Shown here: positions 55,741 to 64,000 of the stretch, piece by piece | Layout of the letters: the number at the start of each line of letters is the position of its first letter | Position numbering within the stretch: position 1 is the stretch's first letter | From: a virus | Taxonomy: Duplodnaviria; Caudoviricetes | IMG/VR virus record: IMGVR_UViG_3300048582_000168 | Coordinates: 1,306-65,305 of that record | Reading direction: 5' to 3' (one strand) | Length of the DNA stretch: 64,000 nt | Program-made: the position numbers and the translations under genes | Notes under the pieces: model-generated | Seen by the model: only the letters and a program-made list of their open reading frames with translations | What the model was told of the DNA's origin: nothing | Database searches by the model: none

Positions 55741-57099
55741 ATGCCACAAAATTTAGGCGAATCAGCCTATTCCGACAAGCCAAATCACCCTGAAAGTAAC
55801 ACCGGAGAACCGGACAAGGTTCCCCACGACCTCGACCCCAGCGCCTTCGTCGAAAACCTTGTCGGCAACGCGATCAACTGGGCCCACGAGCGCCCCGCCC
55901 TCTCTTGGACAATGCCGGACGGACGCCAGCCCGCCGTCGACTGGAACCCCGGCTCCATCGGACCGAAATTCACCCATGTCAGCGTCGGGCTCTTCCGGAT
56001 CAATGACGTCGCCCAAGGGGCGAAGTTTTACCGCCGGGCAGAGAGTTGGACCGGGAACCTCGCCATCGTCCTTGACGACATCGGAGAGGAAAAGCACGGC
56101 GTCGTCTTGATGCCCCCGAAGCTGGACCCTACGATTGTCATCGAGACGAAGCCCGGGTCGCAGCAATGGTGGTATGTTTTCAAAACCGCCCTGCGCAACG
56201 CCTCGACCATCGACCGGATGATGCGGTCCCTGATCGAGGCAGGCCACGGTGACAAGGGCGGGTCGACCGGCAAGACCAGCCTGATCCGCCTCGCCCGCCT
56301 GCCGGGCAGCGACCCGAAAGGACGCGGCATCCCCGCCCGGATCGTCTTCGAAGACTGGCGCCGCAGGTTCGTCCCCGATGCCGAGCGGCTGTTCCAGAAG
56401 GACGGCTTCAACCTGCCCCTCCTCAGCCCGCGCCCCGTCCTCACCGCGTCGAACGCGGTCCTGATCCTGCAGAACGGCGAAGACCCCCTGCTGGACTGGC
56501 TGTCGGCCAATGGCCAGACCCTCGAACCCGCCCCGAACAGCCAAGGATGGATTGCCATCCGCTGCCCTTGGCACGGGGAGCATACCGGCGGCGCCCAAGG
56601 GGGCACCGGATACCGGTCAGCCCAGCCGAACGGCGTCTTCTGCTTTCACGGCGCCTGCGCCCACCGGCAGCCCCATGACTTCTTCGCCCATTGGATGGCC
56701 AGCGGCGCCCCGGTGCTGCCAGAGGCAGGCCCTGTCGACCGCGATGAGGCCCTGATCAGGCTGGCCGGGCTTCTCGACCTGAGCGACGATATCCGGCAGC
56801 TTCACATCGCCAAGGAACCCCGCACGTCGGCGAACGCGATGCCGTTGGCGATGGCCCTCGCCCGCGCCCGGGTGCCGTGGGCCGATGCCGGGCAGATGAT
56901 CGCCTACTACTGGCTGGGGGACGAACGGCCCGCGATGCTGGCCCTCGCCCGCGTCATCGCGTGGCGCGCGGACCTGATGATGCTTGACGCCCGCGCCGAA
57001 TACGACGCCATCGCAGATGCCCTGAAAGAGACGAATATCCCCAAACCAACTGAGGCGGCGATCAACGCCTTCCTTGCCAGCATGGAGCCTAGAGAATGA
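55741..57099 (+). CDS. DNA primase (RepB/AEP-like) with Zn-binding motif
   Basis: IVLDDIG, IETKPGSQQWWY, RLARLPG, CPW..EH...CFHGAC. Confidence 0.75.
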   Translation: MPQNLGESAYSDKPNHPESNTGEPDKVPHDLDPSAFVENLVGNAINWAHERPALSWTMPDGRQPAVDWNPGSIGPKFTHVSVGLFRINDVAQGAKFYRRAESWTGNLAIVLDDIGEEKHGVVLMPPKLDPTIVIETKPGSQQWWYVFKTALRNASTIDRMMRSLIEAGHGDKGGSTGKTSLIRLARLPGSDPKGRGIPARIVFEDWRRRFVPDAERLFQKDGFNLPLLSPRPVLTASNAVLILQNGEDPLLDWLSANGQTLEPAPNSQGWIAIRCPWHGEHTGGAQGGTGYRSAQPNGVFCFHGACAHRQPHDFFAHWMASGAPVLPEAGPVDRDEALIRLAGLLDLSDDIRQLHIAKEPRTSANAMPLAMALARARVPWADAGQMIAYYWLGDERPAMLALARVIAWRADLMMLDARAEYDAIADALKETNIPKPTEAAINAFLASMEPRE

Positions 57100-58796
57100 C
57101 CGAGAACGCGGACGGATCAGCACCGAACCTGAGCCCCGTGCAGCTTGCCTACGCGAAACTGAACTCCAAGGCCCTGCCGCCGCAGAACGCGGACCAAAAA
57201 CCGATGTTCGACTTGATGACCCTCGAACGCGCGTCGGTCTCATCCGAGATCCGGGGGATGATCTCGGCCAAGACGAACCCCTCGGTCTACCGGTTCGCAG
57301 ACCAGCCGGTGCAGATCGTCGAGGCCGAAGTCGATGCCTTCCTCGATCCGGAAAAGAAGGTCCGCGCCAAGATCGCCCGCCCCGTCCCCTTGAACCAGCA
57401 CAGCGTCACCGGCCACGTCGAAGCCGTCGCCCGATGGTTCAAGGTCAACGCCGAAGGGGCTCAGGTGCCGAAGCCTATCCCCGACTGGATCCGGAACCTT
57501 CTGATCGCGACCGGCGTCGATGAATTCCCGCTTCTGAAAGGCATCCTGCGCCACCCGGTCATCATGGATGGCAAAATGGTCATCGGTGACAAGGGATACG
57601 ACCGTGCCAGCAACTTCCTGATCAAGGCACACATGCCCGGCGGCATCCGCCCCCAAGTGCTGGAAGACCCGCCGGAATTGCTCCTGAAATGGCTGGTCGA
57701 GGATTGGCTGGGAGAAACGTCCTTCGACACCTACGAAGACGCCGTTCGCGCCCTCATGGTCCCCGCGACGATGCTCCTGACGAAGACCCACCTCATGGCA
57801 GAGGGCAAGTTTCCGGGCTTTCTGATCAGCGCGCCGGACGCAGGGACCGGCAAAAGCGAACTGGCGCACGCGCTGGTCGAGGTGATCTCGGGCGAGGATA
57901 TCGGCGACACGCCGTGGCCAGAGAAAGACGCGACGGAAATGCAAAAGCTGGTCACCAGCCTCGTCATGGCCGACGTCGACGTGATCCTCTGGGATAACCT
58001 GCCGAACGGGATGACCCTGAAGAACTCGGTCTTCGACCAGTTGATGACCTCGGTCGTCTGGAGCGCGAGGATCCTCGGGCAAAGCCAGATCGTCAACGCC
58101 CCGTCGAACGCCCTGAACGTCCTGACCGGGAACAACGTCCAGCCCTTCGCCGATACCGCGACCCGCATCCTCGAGGTGCGGCTGGTTCTGAAGGATGGCA
58201 AGCCGCCAAGCTACAACCGCATCAGCCTGCGCCAGTGGACGAAGGAAAACCGGGCGTCGATCATCGTCGCCTTGGGGCGCATCCTGACCGAAACGACCCT
58301 GCTGAAGCTGCCGCAGGTCGGGCGCTACCCGGGATGGTTCAACCGCATCGCCCTGCCCTTCATGAGCCTGACCGGCAAGACCGACCTTCTCGACACATGG
58401 AAGCAGACCGCCCCGTCTTGGGATGGCTACGCTCTCGAGGCGTTCCTCGAGGAACTCCGCAAGGCTTCGGAGAAGATCCACCACAACCCGTCGGCCCCGA
58501 TCACCATCGGCCAGATGCTGATGATCGCGCCGGACGCGACGGCGCACCTGTTCGGGATCGACGATGAGGCGGTAGCGCCCCTGATGCCCCGGTCGGCACC
58601 TTTTGCCAGCGAGGATGAGAAGGCCGCGCATTCGAGGGCGCATGCCAAGGCGCTGGGCAAGGTCGGCGCGATGATCGGGCTCAGGATGCACCGCTTCGCC
58701 GACCGGAGCGCGGGCGGGTTCCGGCTGCGCGTCGACAAGGGAAAGTCTGCGAAAGGTCAATCCCAAACGATGATCAGGGCGGAAATCATCGAATGA
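57096..58796 (+). CDS. Primase-associated P-loop helicase
   Basis: GTGKSEL, ILWDNL, LTGNN, DTATR. Confidence 0.75.
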   Translation: MTENADGSAPNLSPVQLAYAKLNSKALPPQNADQKPMFDLMTLERASVSSEIRGMISAKTNPSVYRFADQPVQIVEAEVDAFLDPEKKVRAKIARPVPLNQHSVTGHVEAVARWFKVNAEGAQVPKPIPDWIRNLLIATGVDEFPLLKGILRHPVIMDGKMVIGDKGYDRASNFLIKAHMPGGIRPQVLEDPPELLLKWLVEDWLGETSFDTYEDAVRALMVPATMLLTKTHLMAEGKFPGFLISAPDAGTGKSELAHALVEVISGEDIGDTPWPEKDATEMQKLVTSLVMADVDVILWDNLPNGMTLKNSVFDQLMTSVVWSARILGQSQIVNAPSNALNVLTGNNVQPFADTATRILEVRLVLKDGKPPSYNRISLRQWTKENRASIIVALGRILTETTLLKLPQVGRYPGWFNRIALPFMSLTGKTDLLDTWKQTAPSWDGYALEAFLEELRKASEKIHHNPSAPITIGQMLMIAPDATAHLFGIDDEAVAPLMPRSAPFASEDEKAAHSRAHAKALGKVGAMIGLRMHRFADRSAGGFRLRVDKGKSAKGQSQTMIRAEIIE

Positions 58797-58846
58797 TGGC
58801 TTTTCATCTTGCGGTTGCGCTGGACTTGATGAATGGCCGATTTACC

Positions 58847-59017
58847 CCGGGGGGTCCGGGGGGTAACCCGGGGGTCCGCGCATCGCGCGTGCCAAAAAGT
58901 CTTAACCTGTGGTTGTGGAAGGACGGGTCACGCGCACACATGCGTATACGCGCGCGTGTGAGGGAAAATAGGCTGGTGCGATGAGAATACCCCCGGGTTA
59001 CCCCCCGGACCCCCCGG
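58847..59017. repeat. Perfect 29-bp inverted repeat (candidate replication origin)
   Basis: CCGGGGGGTCCGGGGGGTAACCCGGGGGT (58847-58875) and its reverse complement (58989-59017). Confidence 0.8.
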
Positions 59018-59052
59018 AAAGCGAAAATGACGAAAAAACGGATGAAACGATC

Positions 59053-59370
59053 ATGACAGACGCGGAACTCGCAGCCGAGAGCGCAGCGGCCATCGCGGCC
59101 CTCATCGCAGCCCTGCAGGCCAAAGACCCCATCGCCGAAGCCGCCGCCCGCGACAGGATGAAGGCAGCCGAGATCGAAACCCTCACCCGGCAGATCGCGG
59201 CCCTGCAGCCCAAGGCAGCACCGCCCCCGGCAAAGCCCGTCAGCCGCTACGACGCCTTCTGCGACCAGTGCGAGCGGTGCAGGCATCACCACCCCTGCGC
59301 CTTCGCCAAGAACTCATCCCTGACCTGCCCCGGCCCGAAATACCGGGGCTTCACCTTCGAGGCAGCATGA
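59053..59370 (+). CDS. Hypothetical protein with Cys/His cluster
   Basis: CDQCERCRHHHPC; ATGA-coupled downstream. Confidence 0.5.
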   Translation: MTDAELAAESAAAIAALIAALQAKDPIAEAAARDRMKAAEIETLTRQIAALQPKAAPPPAKPVSRYDAFCDQCERCRHHHPCAFAKNSSLTCPGPKYRGFTFEAA

Positions 59371-59765
59371 CCAGCCCCGTGCCAGATCCCGAAACCCTCA
59401 CCGATGGGCAGATCGCCGTCGAACTCTCCCGCACGATCACCGCCCTCATGACCGCCATCGGCACCGGAAGCGCGATAGCCGACGTCCTGCGCAGGCGGGT
59501 GGCCACGCTGGAAGCGGCAAGCATCGCGCGCAGGAAGCGCCAAGAGGCGTGGGAGCGGTGGACCCTTGGGCACCGCGCCATCGTCCTCACCATGTGGCAC
59601 GCCGAAGACCTCGCCCGGGCAGAGGGCAGCAACACCACGAAACCCGTCTGGCGGCCCGGAAACATTGGGCTGCGCACGGTGGCAGAGGCGCTGGGCGGAC
59701 CGCCGCCCGTCCCGTTCACCACGCCAGAGAGCGGGGGCCCGGCACCGCCCGGGTTCGGGCTGTGA
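59367..59765 (+). CDS. Hypothetical protein
   Basis: ATGA-coupled. Confidence 0.45.
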   Translation: MTSPVPDPETLTDGQIAVELSRTITALMTAIGTGSAIADVLRRRVATLEAASIARRKRQEAWERWTLGHRAIVLTMWHAEDLARAEGSNTTKPVWRPGNIGLRTVAEALGGPPPVPFTTPESGGPAPPGFGL

Positions 59766-59813
59766 CCGGCAACCCTCTTGCGCGGAAAGTCGGCCCGCTG
59801 TTAAACAGGGGGC

Positions 59814-60326
59814 ATGCGCACCCTGATCCGAACCGAATCCGACCTCTGGACCGCGATGGCTGAGATCATCGAAGCCCGTGGCTGGTTTGGCGAGCGGTTC
59901 GAAGACCGCACCCGGCAAGGGCTGCCGGACTGCTACCTCGGCTGCGGCAAGGCACACCGCGTCTGGGTCGAGTTGAAGGTCGAGAACCGGCCCTACCGCA
60001 CCGGACAGCAAGCGTGGGCGGTGCGCGCGGACAGCCGTGGCGAGACGACCCGGACCCTGCGCTGCATGTTCGACCAGAGGCTGGTCCTCACCGATACCGC
60101 CGCCGTCGCCCGGGCAGACCTCTTCGGCCACCCGACCCCGCGCCCGATCATCGAAACCACATCCCTCGCACGCGCGCTGGTGGCCGCCCTGCAGGGGCTC
60201 GCGGCCCTGCCACCACCAGAGCCCGGCCAAGACCACCCGTGGCAGCCCACCATCCCGCAATGGCCCGGCAAGGTGACGTGGCCCGGCCCGCGCGGGGCAG
60301 AGAAGGGATCACCCTATGGCAAGTGA
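59814..60326 (+). CDS. VRR-NUC/PD-(D/E)XK nuclease (resolvase-like)
   Basis: ESDLW, GLPD, VWVELKV, Q.AW. Confidence 0.7.
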   Translation: MRTLIRTESDLWTAMAEIIEARGWFGERFEDRTRQGLPDCYLGCGKAHRVWVELKVENRPYRTGQQAWAVRADSRGETTRTLRCMFDQRLVLTDTAAVARADLFGHPTPRPIIETTSLARALVAALQGLAALPPPEPGQDHPWQPTIPQWPGKVTWPGPRGAEKGSPYGK

Positions 60327-60570
60327 CCAGCCCGCCCCTGACCGCACCATCCAGATCACGGTCGAGCCCAGCCGGGGCGTATTCGTCGCCATCGCGACCT
60401 ACGCCGTCGCCAGCCGAAAGCGCGAGCGCCGCGAGATCGCCACGACCCGCGTGCGCGCCCTGCATCGGGTCATCAGCCGCATGCGCCGCAACGGCCACGC
60501 CGGGCGGCCTTACAGCGCCACGGTGGACGATCAGATCATGACGGGCACCATCCCGCACCCGAACGCCTGA
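60316..60570 (+). CDS. Small basic hypothetical protein
   Basis: Overlaps the upstream ORF; Arg-rich. Confidence 0.45.
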   Translation: MASDQPAPDRTIQITVEPSRGVFVAIATYAVASRKRERREIATTRVRALHRVISRMRRNGHAGRPYSATVDDQIMTGTIPHPNA

Positions 60571-60578
60571 GAGGCCCC

Positions 60579-61817
60579 ATGCAGACCGTCCAGCGCGACC
60601 CGAAGACCCTGACCCCGCACCCGAAGAACAGCCGCAAGCACACCGCGACCCAGATCGAGATGCTGGCGGACGCGATGCTGGCCTTCGGCTTTCACCAGCC
60701 GGTCGTCGTCGACGCGAACGACGTGATCCTGATCGGCCACGCGCGGACCGAGGCGGCCATCGCGGCAGGGCTCACCACCATCCCGGTCGTCGTCCGGTCC
60801 GACCTGACCGAAGCGCAGGCCCGCGCGCTGATCGTCGCGGACAACCGGCTGCACGAATTCGGCGCCGGGTGGGATGAGGCCATCCTCGGCGAAGAACTCC
60901 GCGCGCTGATGGCCGAAGGCATCGACGTCACGGTGACAGGTTTCGATACCCCGGAGCCTGTTGCTAAAAAAAGCAAGACGGCAGACGAAGACGATGTGCC
61001 GGAGCCCCCGGCCACGCCTCTCACGCAACCCGGCGACGTCTGGATCCTCGGGCAGCACCGGCTGCATTGCGGGGACTCGACCAGCCCGGACCTCTTGGCG
61101 GCCTGCATGGCAGCGAAGCCGGTCGCGATGGTCACAGACCCGCCCTACGGGGTGGTCTACGACGCGGCATGGCGCGACGAAGCTGGGATCGGCAGCGAAG
61201 GCTCGGCCAAGGGCGTCGTGCTGAACGACGACCGCGCGGACTGGCGCGAGGTGTGGGCAGGCTTCACCGGAGCGGCGGCCTTCGTCTGGCACGCGGGCAC
61301 GAGGGCGCATGAAGTCCACGAGAGCCTCGTCGCGGCAGGGTTCGACGTGAAAGCGCAGATCGTCTGGGCCAAGAACCGGGCGGCCATCGGTCGCGGCCAT
61401 TACCACCACGGCCATGAGCCCGCGTTCTATGCCACCCGCAAGAAAGCCAAGCCGAAGTGGCACGGCCCGGCGCTGTCCACCCTCTGGGAGATCGGGCACT
61501 CGCGGTCGCACACCGGCCACTCGACGCAAAAGCCGGTCGAGGCCATGCGCAGGCCCATCCTCGCCCTGACCGCGCCCGGGGACGTCGTGTTCGAACCGTT
61601 CAGCGGGTCGGGCACCACCCTGATCGCCTGCGAGATGGTCGGGCGGACCTGCGTCGCCATCGAACTGAGCCCGGAATACTGCGACGTCGCTGCCACGCGC
61701 TGGGCCCGCTGGACGGGCGAAAAGCCCAAGCTGATGCGGGCAGGCGTCGAGGTGGACCTGCCGGACCCCGCCGGGCAGGCAGGCAGCGAAGCGGGCGTGG
61801 TGGAGATTGCCGAATGA
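60579..61817 (+). CDS. ParB-N domain + N6/N4 DNA methyltransferase
   Basis: PHPKNSRKH, IGHAR, ADNRL; TDPPY; HSTQKP; EPFSGSGTT. Confidence 0.9.
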   Translation: MQTVQRDPKTLTPHPKNSRKHTATQIEMLADAMLAFGFHQPVVVDANDVILIGHARTEAAIAAGLTTIPVVVRSDLTEAQARALIVADNRLHEFGAGWDEAILGEELRALMAEGIDVTVTGFDTPEPVAKKSKTADEDDVPEPPATPLTQPGDVWILGQHRLHCGDSTSPDLLAACMAAKPVAMVTDPPYGVVYDAAWRDEAGIGSEGSAKGVVLNDDRADWREVWAGFTGAAAFVWHAGTRAHEVHESLVAAGFDVKAQIVWAKNRAAIGRGHYHHGHEPAFYATRKKAKPKWHGPALSTLWEIGHSRSHTGHSTQKPVEAMRRPILALTAPGDVVFEPFSGSGTTLIACEMVGRTCVAIELSPEYCDVAATRWARWTGEKPKLMRAGVEVDLPDPAGQAGSEAGVVEIAE

Positions 61818-62902
61818 AGATCGCCGAAGTCGCCATCGAAGCCCTGATCCCGCACCCGCAGAACAGCCGGACCCATAGCGCCGAACAGGTCCGCGCGCTG
61901 GCCCGGGCGATCACCGAATGGGGCTGGACCCAGCCGGTCGTCATCGACGAAGCGAACGTCATTCTGATCGGGCACGGGCGCGTCGAGGCGGCCAAGACCC
62001 TCGGGCTGAAGACCGTCCCCTGCGTGCAGCGCGGCGATCTGAGCGACGCGGACAAGCGCGCCATGCTGATCAGCGACAACCGGCTGGCCGAAGTCGGGTC
62101 GTCGTGGGACAAGGACATTCTGGCCGAAGAACTGCGCTTCCTCGCCTTTGCGGACTTCGACGTCAGCCTGACCGCGTTCGACCTGCCGGAATTCGCCCCC
62201 ACCCCGGAGCCGGAGCCCGCACTGCCGCGCCCGTCGACCGTCCAGAGCGGCGAAATCTGGAAGCTGGGCGCCAACCTCCTGATCTGCGCGGACGGCGGCG
62301 ACCCGAGCGTCCTGCAGGCCATGGCACCGAAGGACGCGGCGCTGGTCGTCACCCGGATCCCTGACGACGTCGGCGCCGGGCTTCTGGCGCAACTCCTGAA
62401 CCTGACCCCGGCCAAGATCGCCTACCTCTGGTCCTCCGGCCTGCGCAGCCATGTGGGCGGCCACGCGGCCCATGAGGCGGGGTTCGACGTCCGCGCCCAG
62501 ATCATCATCCCGACCGAGGCCAAGCCCCGGGAAAAGGGCTTTGCGACGGGGCACAAGGCGGGGCTCTACTGCGCCAAGGCAGGCGGCCCGCCATGGGCCG
62601 GAGGCCGCAAGCAGACGACCGTCTGGGCATCCGAGGATGAGATGCCGCTGCAGCCCTTCGTGCGCCCGCTGCGGAACCACGTCCCGACCGGAGGCTGGGC
62701 TATGGACCCCTTCGCGGGCGAGAGCCTCGGGGCGGCCTTCGTCGCGGCTTCGCAGACGCAGCGGAATGTGGCAGGGTTCGAACCCGACCCGGCCACCTGC
62801 GATGAGATGATCGAGCGGTGGCAGCGGATCACCGGCAAGGCCGCCGTCCACGGCCTGACCGGGCAGACGTTCGACACTCGCAGCATGGCAGGCGCAGCAT
62901 GA
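61814..62902 (+). CDS. ParB-N domain + degenerate methyltransferase paralogue
   Basis: PHPQNSRTH, IGHGR, SDNRL; DPPY replaced by TRIPD; DPFAGES. Confidence 0.75.
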   Translation: MKIAEVAIEALIPHPQNSRTHSAEQVRALARAITEWGWTQPVVIDEANVILIGHGRVEAAKTLGLKTVPCVQRGDLSDADKRAMLISDNRLAEVGSSWDKDILAEELRFLAFADFDVSLTAFDLPEFAPTPEPEPALPRPSTVQSGEIWKLGANLLICADGGDPSVLQAMAPKDAALVVTRIPDDVGAGLLAQLLNLTPAKIAYLWSSGLRSHVGGHAAHEAGFDVRAQIIIPTEAKPREKGFATGHKAGLYCAKAGGPPWAGGRKQTTVWASEDEMPLQPFVRPLRNHVPTGGWAMDPFAGESLGAAFVAASQTQRNVAGFEPDPATCDEMIERWQRITGKAAVHGLTGQTFDTRSMAGAA

Positions 62903-63513
62903 CCCGGAAGGTGGCAGACACGCGAAAGCAGGTGGACAGCGCGACCGTGAAGGCGCCGCGACCGGTCGAGGCCGGACCGCAGCCCTTGGTCGCGCGGCCA
63001 CGGTTCACGCGCAAGGCAGGCGAGGCCCCGGCTGAGGCAGCCCAGCCGCAGCCCAAGGCCGCACCGAAGCCAAGGTCGAAGGTGATCGCCCTGAAGATGA
63101 CGGCAGACCCGGCAGAGCCCGCCGTGACGAACGACTTCGTCGCGGGACAGATCGAGAAGATGGCGGGCATCGGCCTGTCGCGAAAGGACATCCGCGACAT
63201 CCTGCAGCTTTCGGAGAGCGAGATGCACGCCTACAGCGCGGTGCTGGAACTCGGCCAGTCGAAGGCCCGGTTCAAGGTCGCGAACGCCATCTTCGACGGG
63301 GCGACGGACAAGAAGCACCCGAAGTTTGCGCAACTGGCGATCTTCTGGGCCAAAGCCCGGATGGGCTGGCGGGATGACCCGGCAGCGGCAGACGGCCCGC
63401 TCACGGCACCGCCCGAGGATGAAGGCCCGTCGGAAACCCAACTGAGCGACAGCTTCGAATTCCTGATGGACCGCTACCGCCCGCCCGAGAAGCGAGGCGC
63501 GTCCGGAGGCTGA
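62899..63513 (+). CDS. Terminase small subunit
   Basis: IEKMAGIGLS...ELG...AIFWAKARMGW; directly upstream of TerL. Confidence 0.75.
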   Translation: MTRKVADTRKQVDSATVKAPRPVEAGPQPLVARPRFTRKAGEAPAEAAQPQPKAAPKPRSKVIALKMTADPAEPAVTNDFVAGQIEKMAGIGLSRKDIRDILQLSESEMHAYSAVLELGQSKARFKVANAIFDGATDKKHPKFAQLAIFWAKARMGWRDDPAAADGPLTAPPEDEGPSETQLSDSFEFLMDRYRPPEKRGASGG

Positions 63514-63514
63514 C

Positions 63515-64000
63515 ATGCGCGTCCCCCATTTCAAGCCCAGTGATTTTCCGTTCGGCCCGGAGCCCCCGCCGACGGCAAGCTGGGCGGCCCGGTATGCCGT
63601 CGGGCATCCGAACCTGCGCAGGGCCATCCGGAACGCCTTCCTGCCGCACAAGACGAAGGCCGAATTCGAGGCGTGGGTCGTCAAGCGGATGCCGTGGGAA
63701 TTCATCGCGCGGATGGACCAGATCGAGCCGAAAGGCGAGTGGATGACATGGCTGATGCAGGCCGGTCGCGGGGCGGGCAAGACCAAGACCGGAGCCGAGT
63801 GGTCGTGGAAACAGGTCCATCGCTGGCCCGGGTTTCAGCACGCGGTCATCAGCCCGACCTTTGACGACCTCGACAAGGTGACGTTCGACGGCCCGTCCGG
63901 CCTGATGCGGCTGGTCGAGCGGTTCCCGCACAAGGTCAAGAAAGTCCTGCGCAAGCCGTGGCGGATCGACTTCGTGAACGGCAGTCGGATCAACAGCTTC
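63515..64000 (+). CDS. terL: Terminase large subunit, 3'-truncated
   Basis: GGAGG RBS; WLMQAGRGAGKTKTGAEW (Walker A), ISPTF, GPSGL; runs off the window end. Confidence 0.85.
   Translation, partial: MRVPHFKPSDFPFGPEPPPTASWAARYAVGHPNLRRAIRNAFLPHKTKAEFEAWVVKRMPWEFIARMDQIEPKGEWMTWLMQAGRGAGKTKTGAEWSWKQVHRWPGFQHAVISPTFDDLDKVTFDGPSGLMRLVERFPHKVKKVLRKPWRIDFVNGSRINSF

Noticed and set aside
54527-55756. Overlapping Arg/Gly/Ala- or Pro-rich ORFs across the array (54822-55202, 54980-55306, 55078-55419, 55319-55756, 54527-55246)
   Set aside because: These are artefacts of the 5-nt GGYNN period: no consistent frame, no RBS, low-complexity translation.
60579-62902. ParABS partition system indicating a phage-plasmid
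   Set aside because: The ParB-N domains are fused to methyltransferases, and no ParA or parS array was seen.

Overview
A nearly complete, GC-rich siphovirus-type phage genome, probably infecting an alphaproteobacterium (inference). It is opened inside the portal gene and ends inside the large terminase gene. Positions 1-32.9 kb (+) hold the head, tail and lysis genes, including a 1,584-aa polyvalent head-module protein (2H-phosphoesterase/Acb1-like + Nudix + kinase-like + ADP-ribosyltransferase). Positions 32.9-53.0 kb (-) hold early/accessory genes under a repeated 18-bp palindromic operator/promoter. Positions 53.5-64 kb (+) hold a RAMP/Cas7-like gene, a partner gene and a non-coding array, then primase, helicase, nuclease, two ParB-methyltransferases and the terminases. 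The standout is 53491-55710: the RAMP/Cas7-like gene and its partner are followed by a ~790-bp array of (GGY-NN) pentamers. Fifteen GGCGGTC delimiters cut it into 16 units, and it is flanked by a leader hairpin and a terminator. This looks like a non-CRISPR RNA-guided system whose information lies in the variable dinucleotides (VIPR-like). No integrase, DNA polymerase, tRNA or classical CRISPR array was seen. All product calls rest on motif recognition and gene order; no database searches were run.
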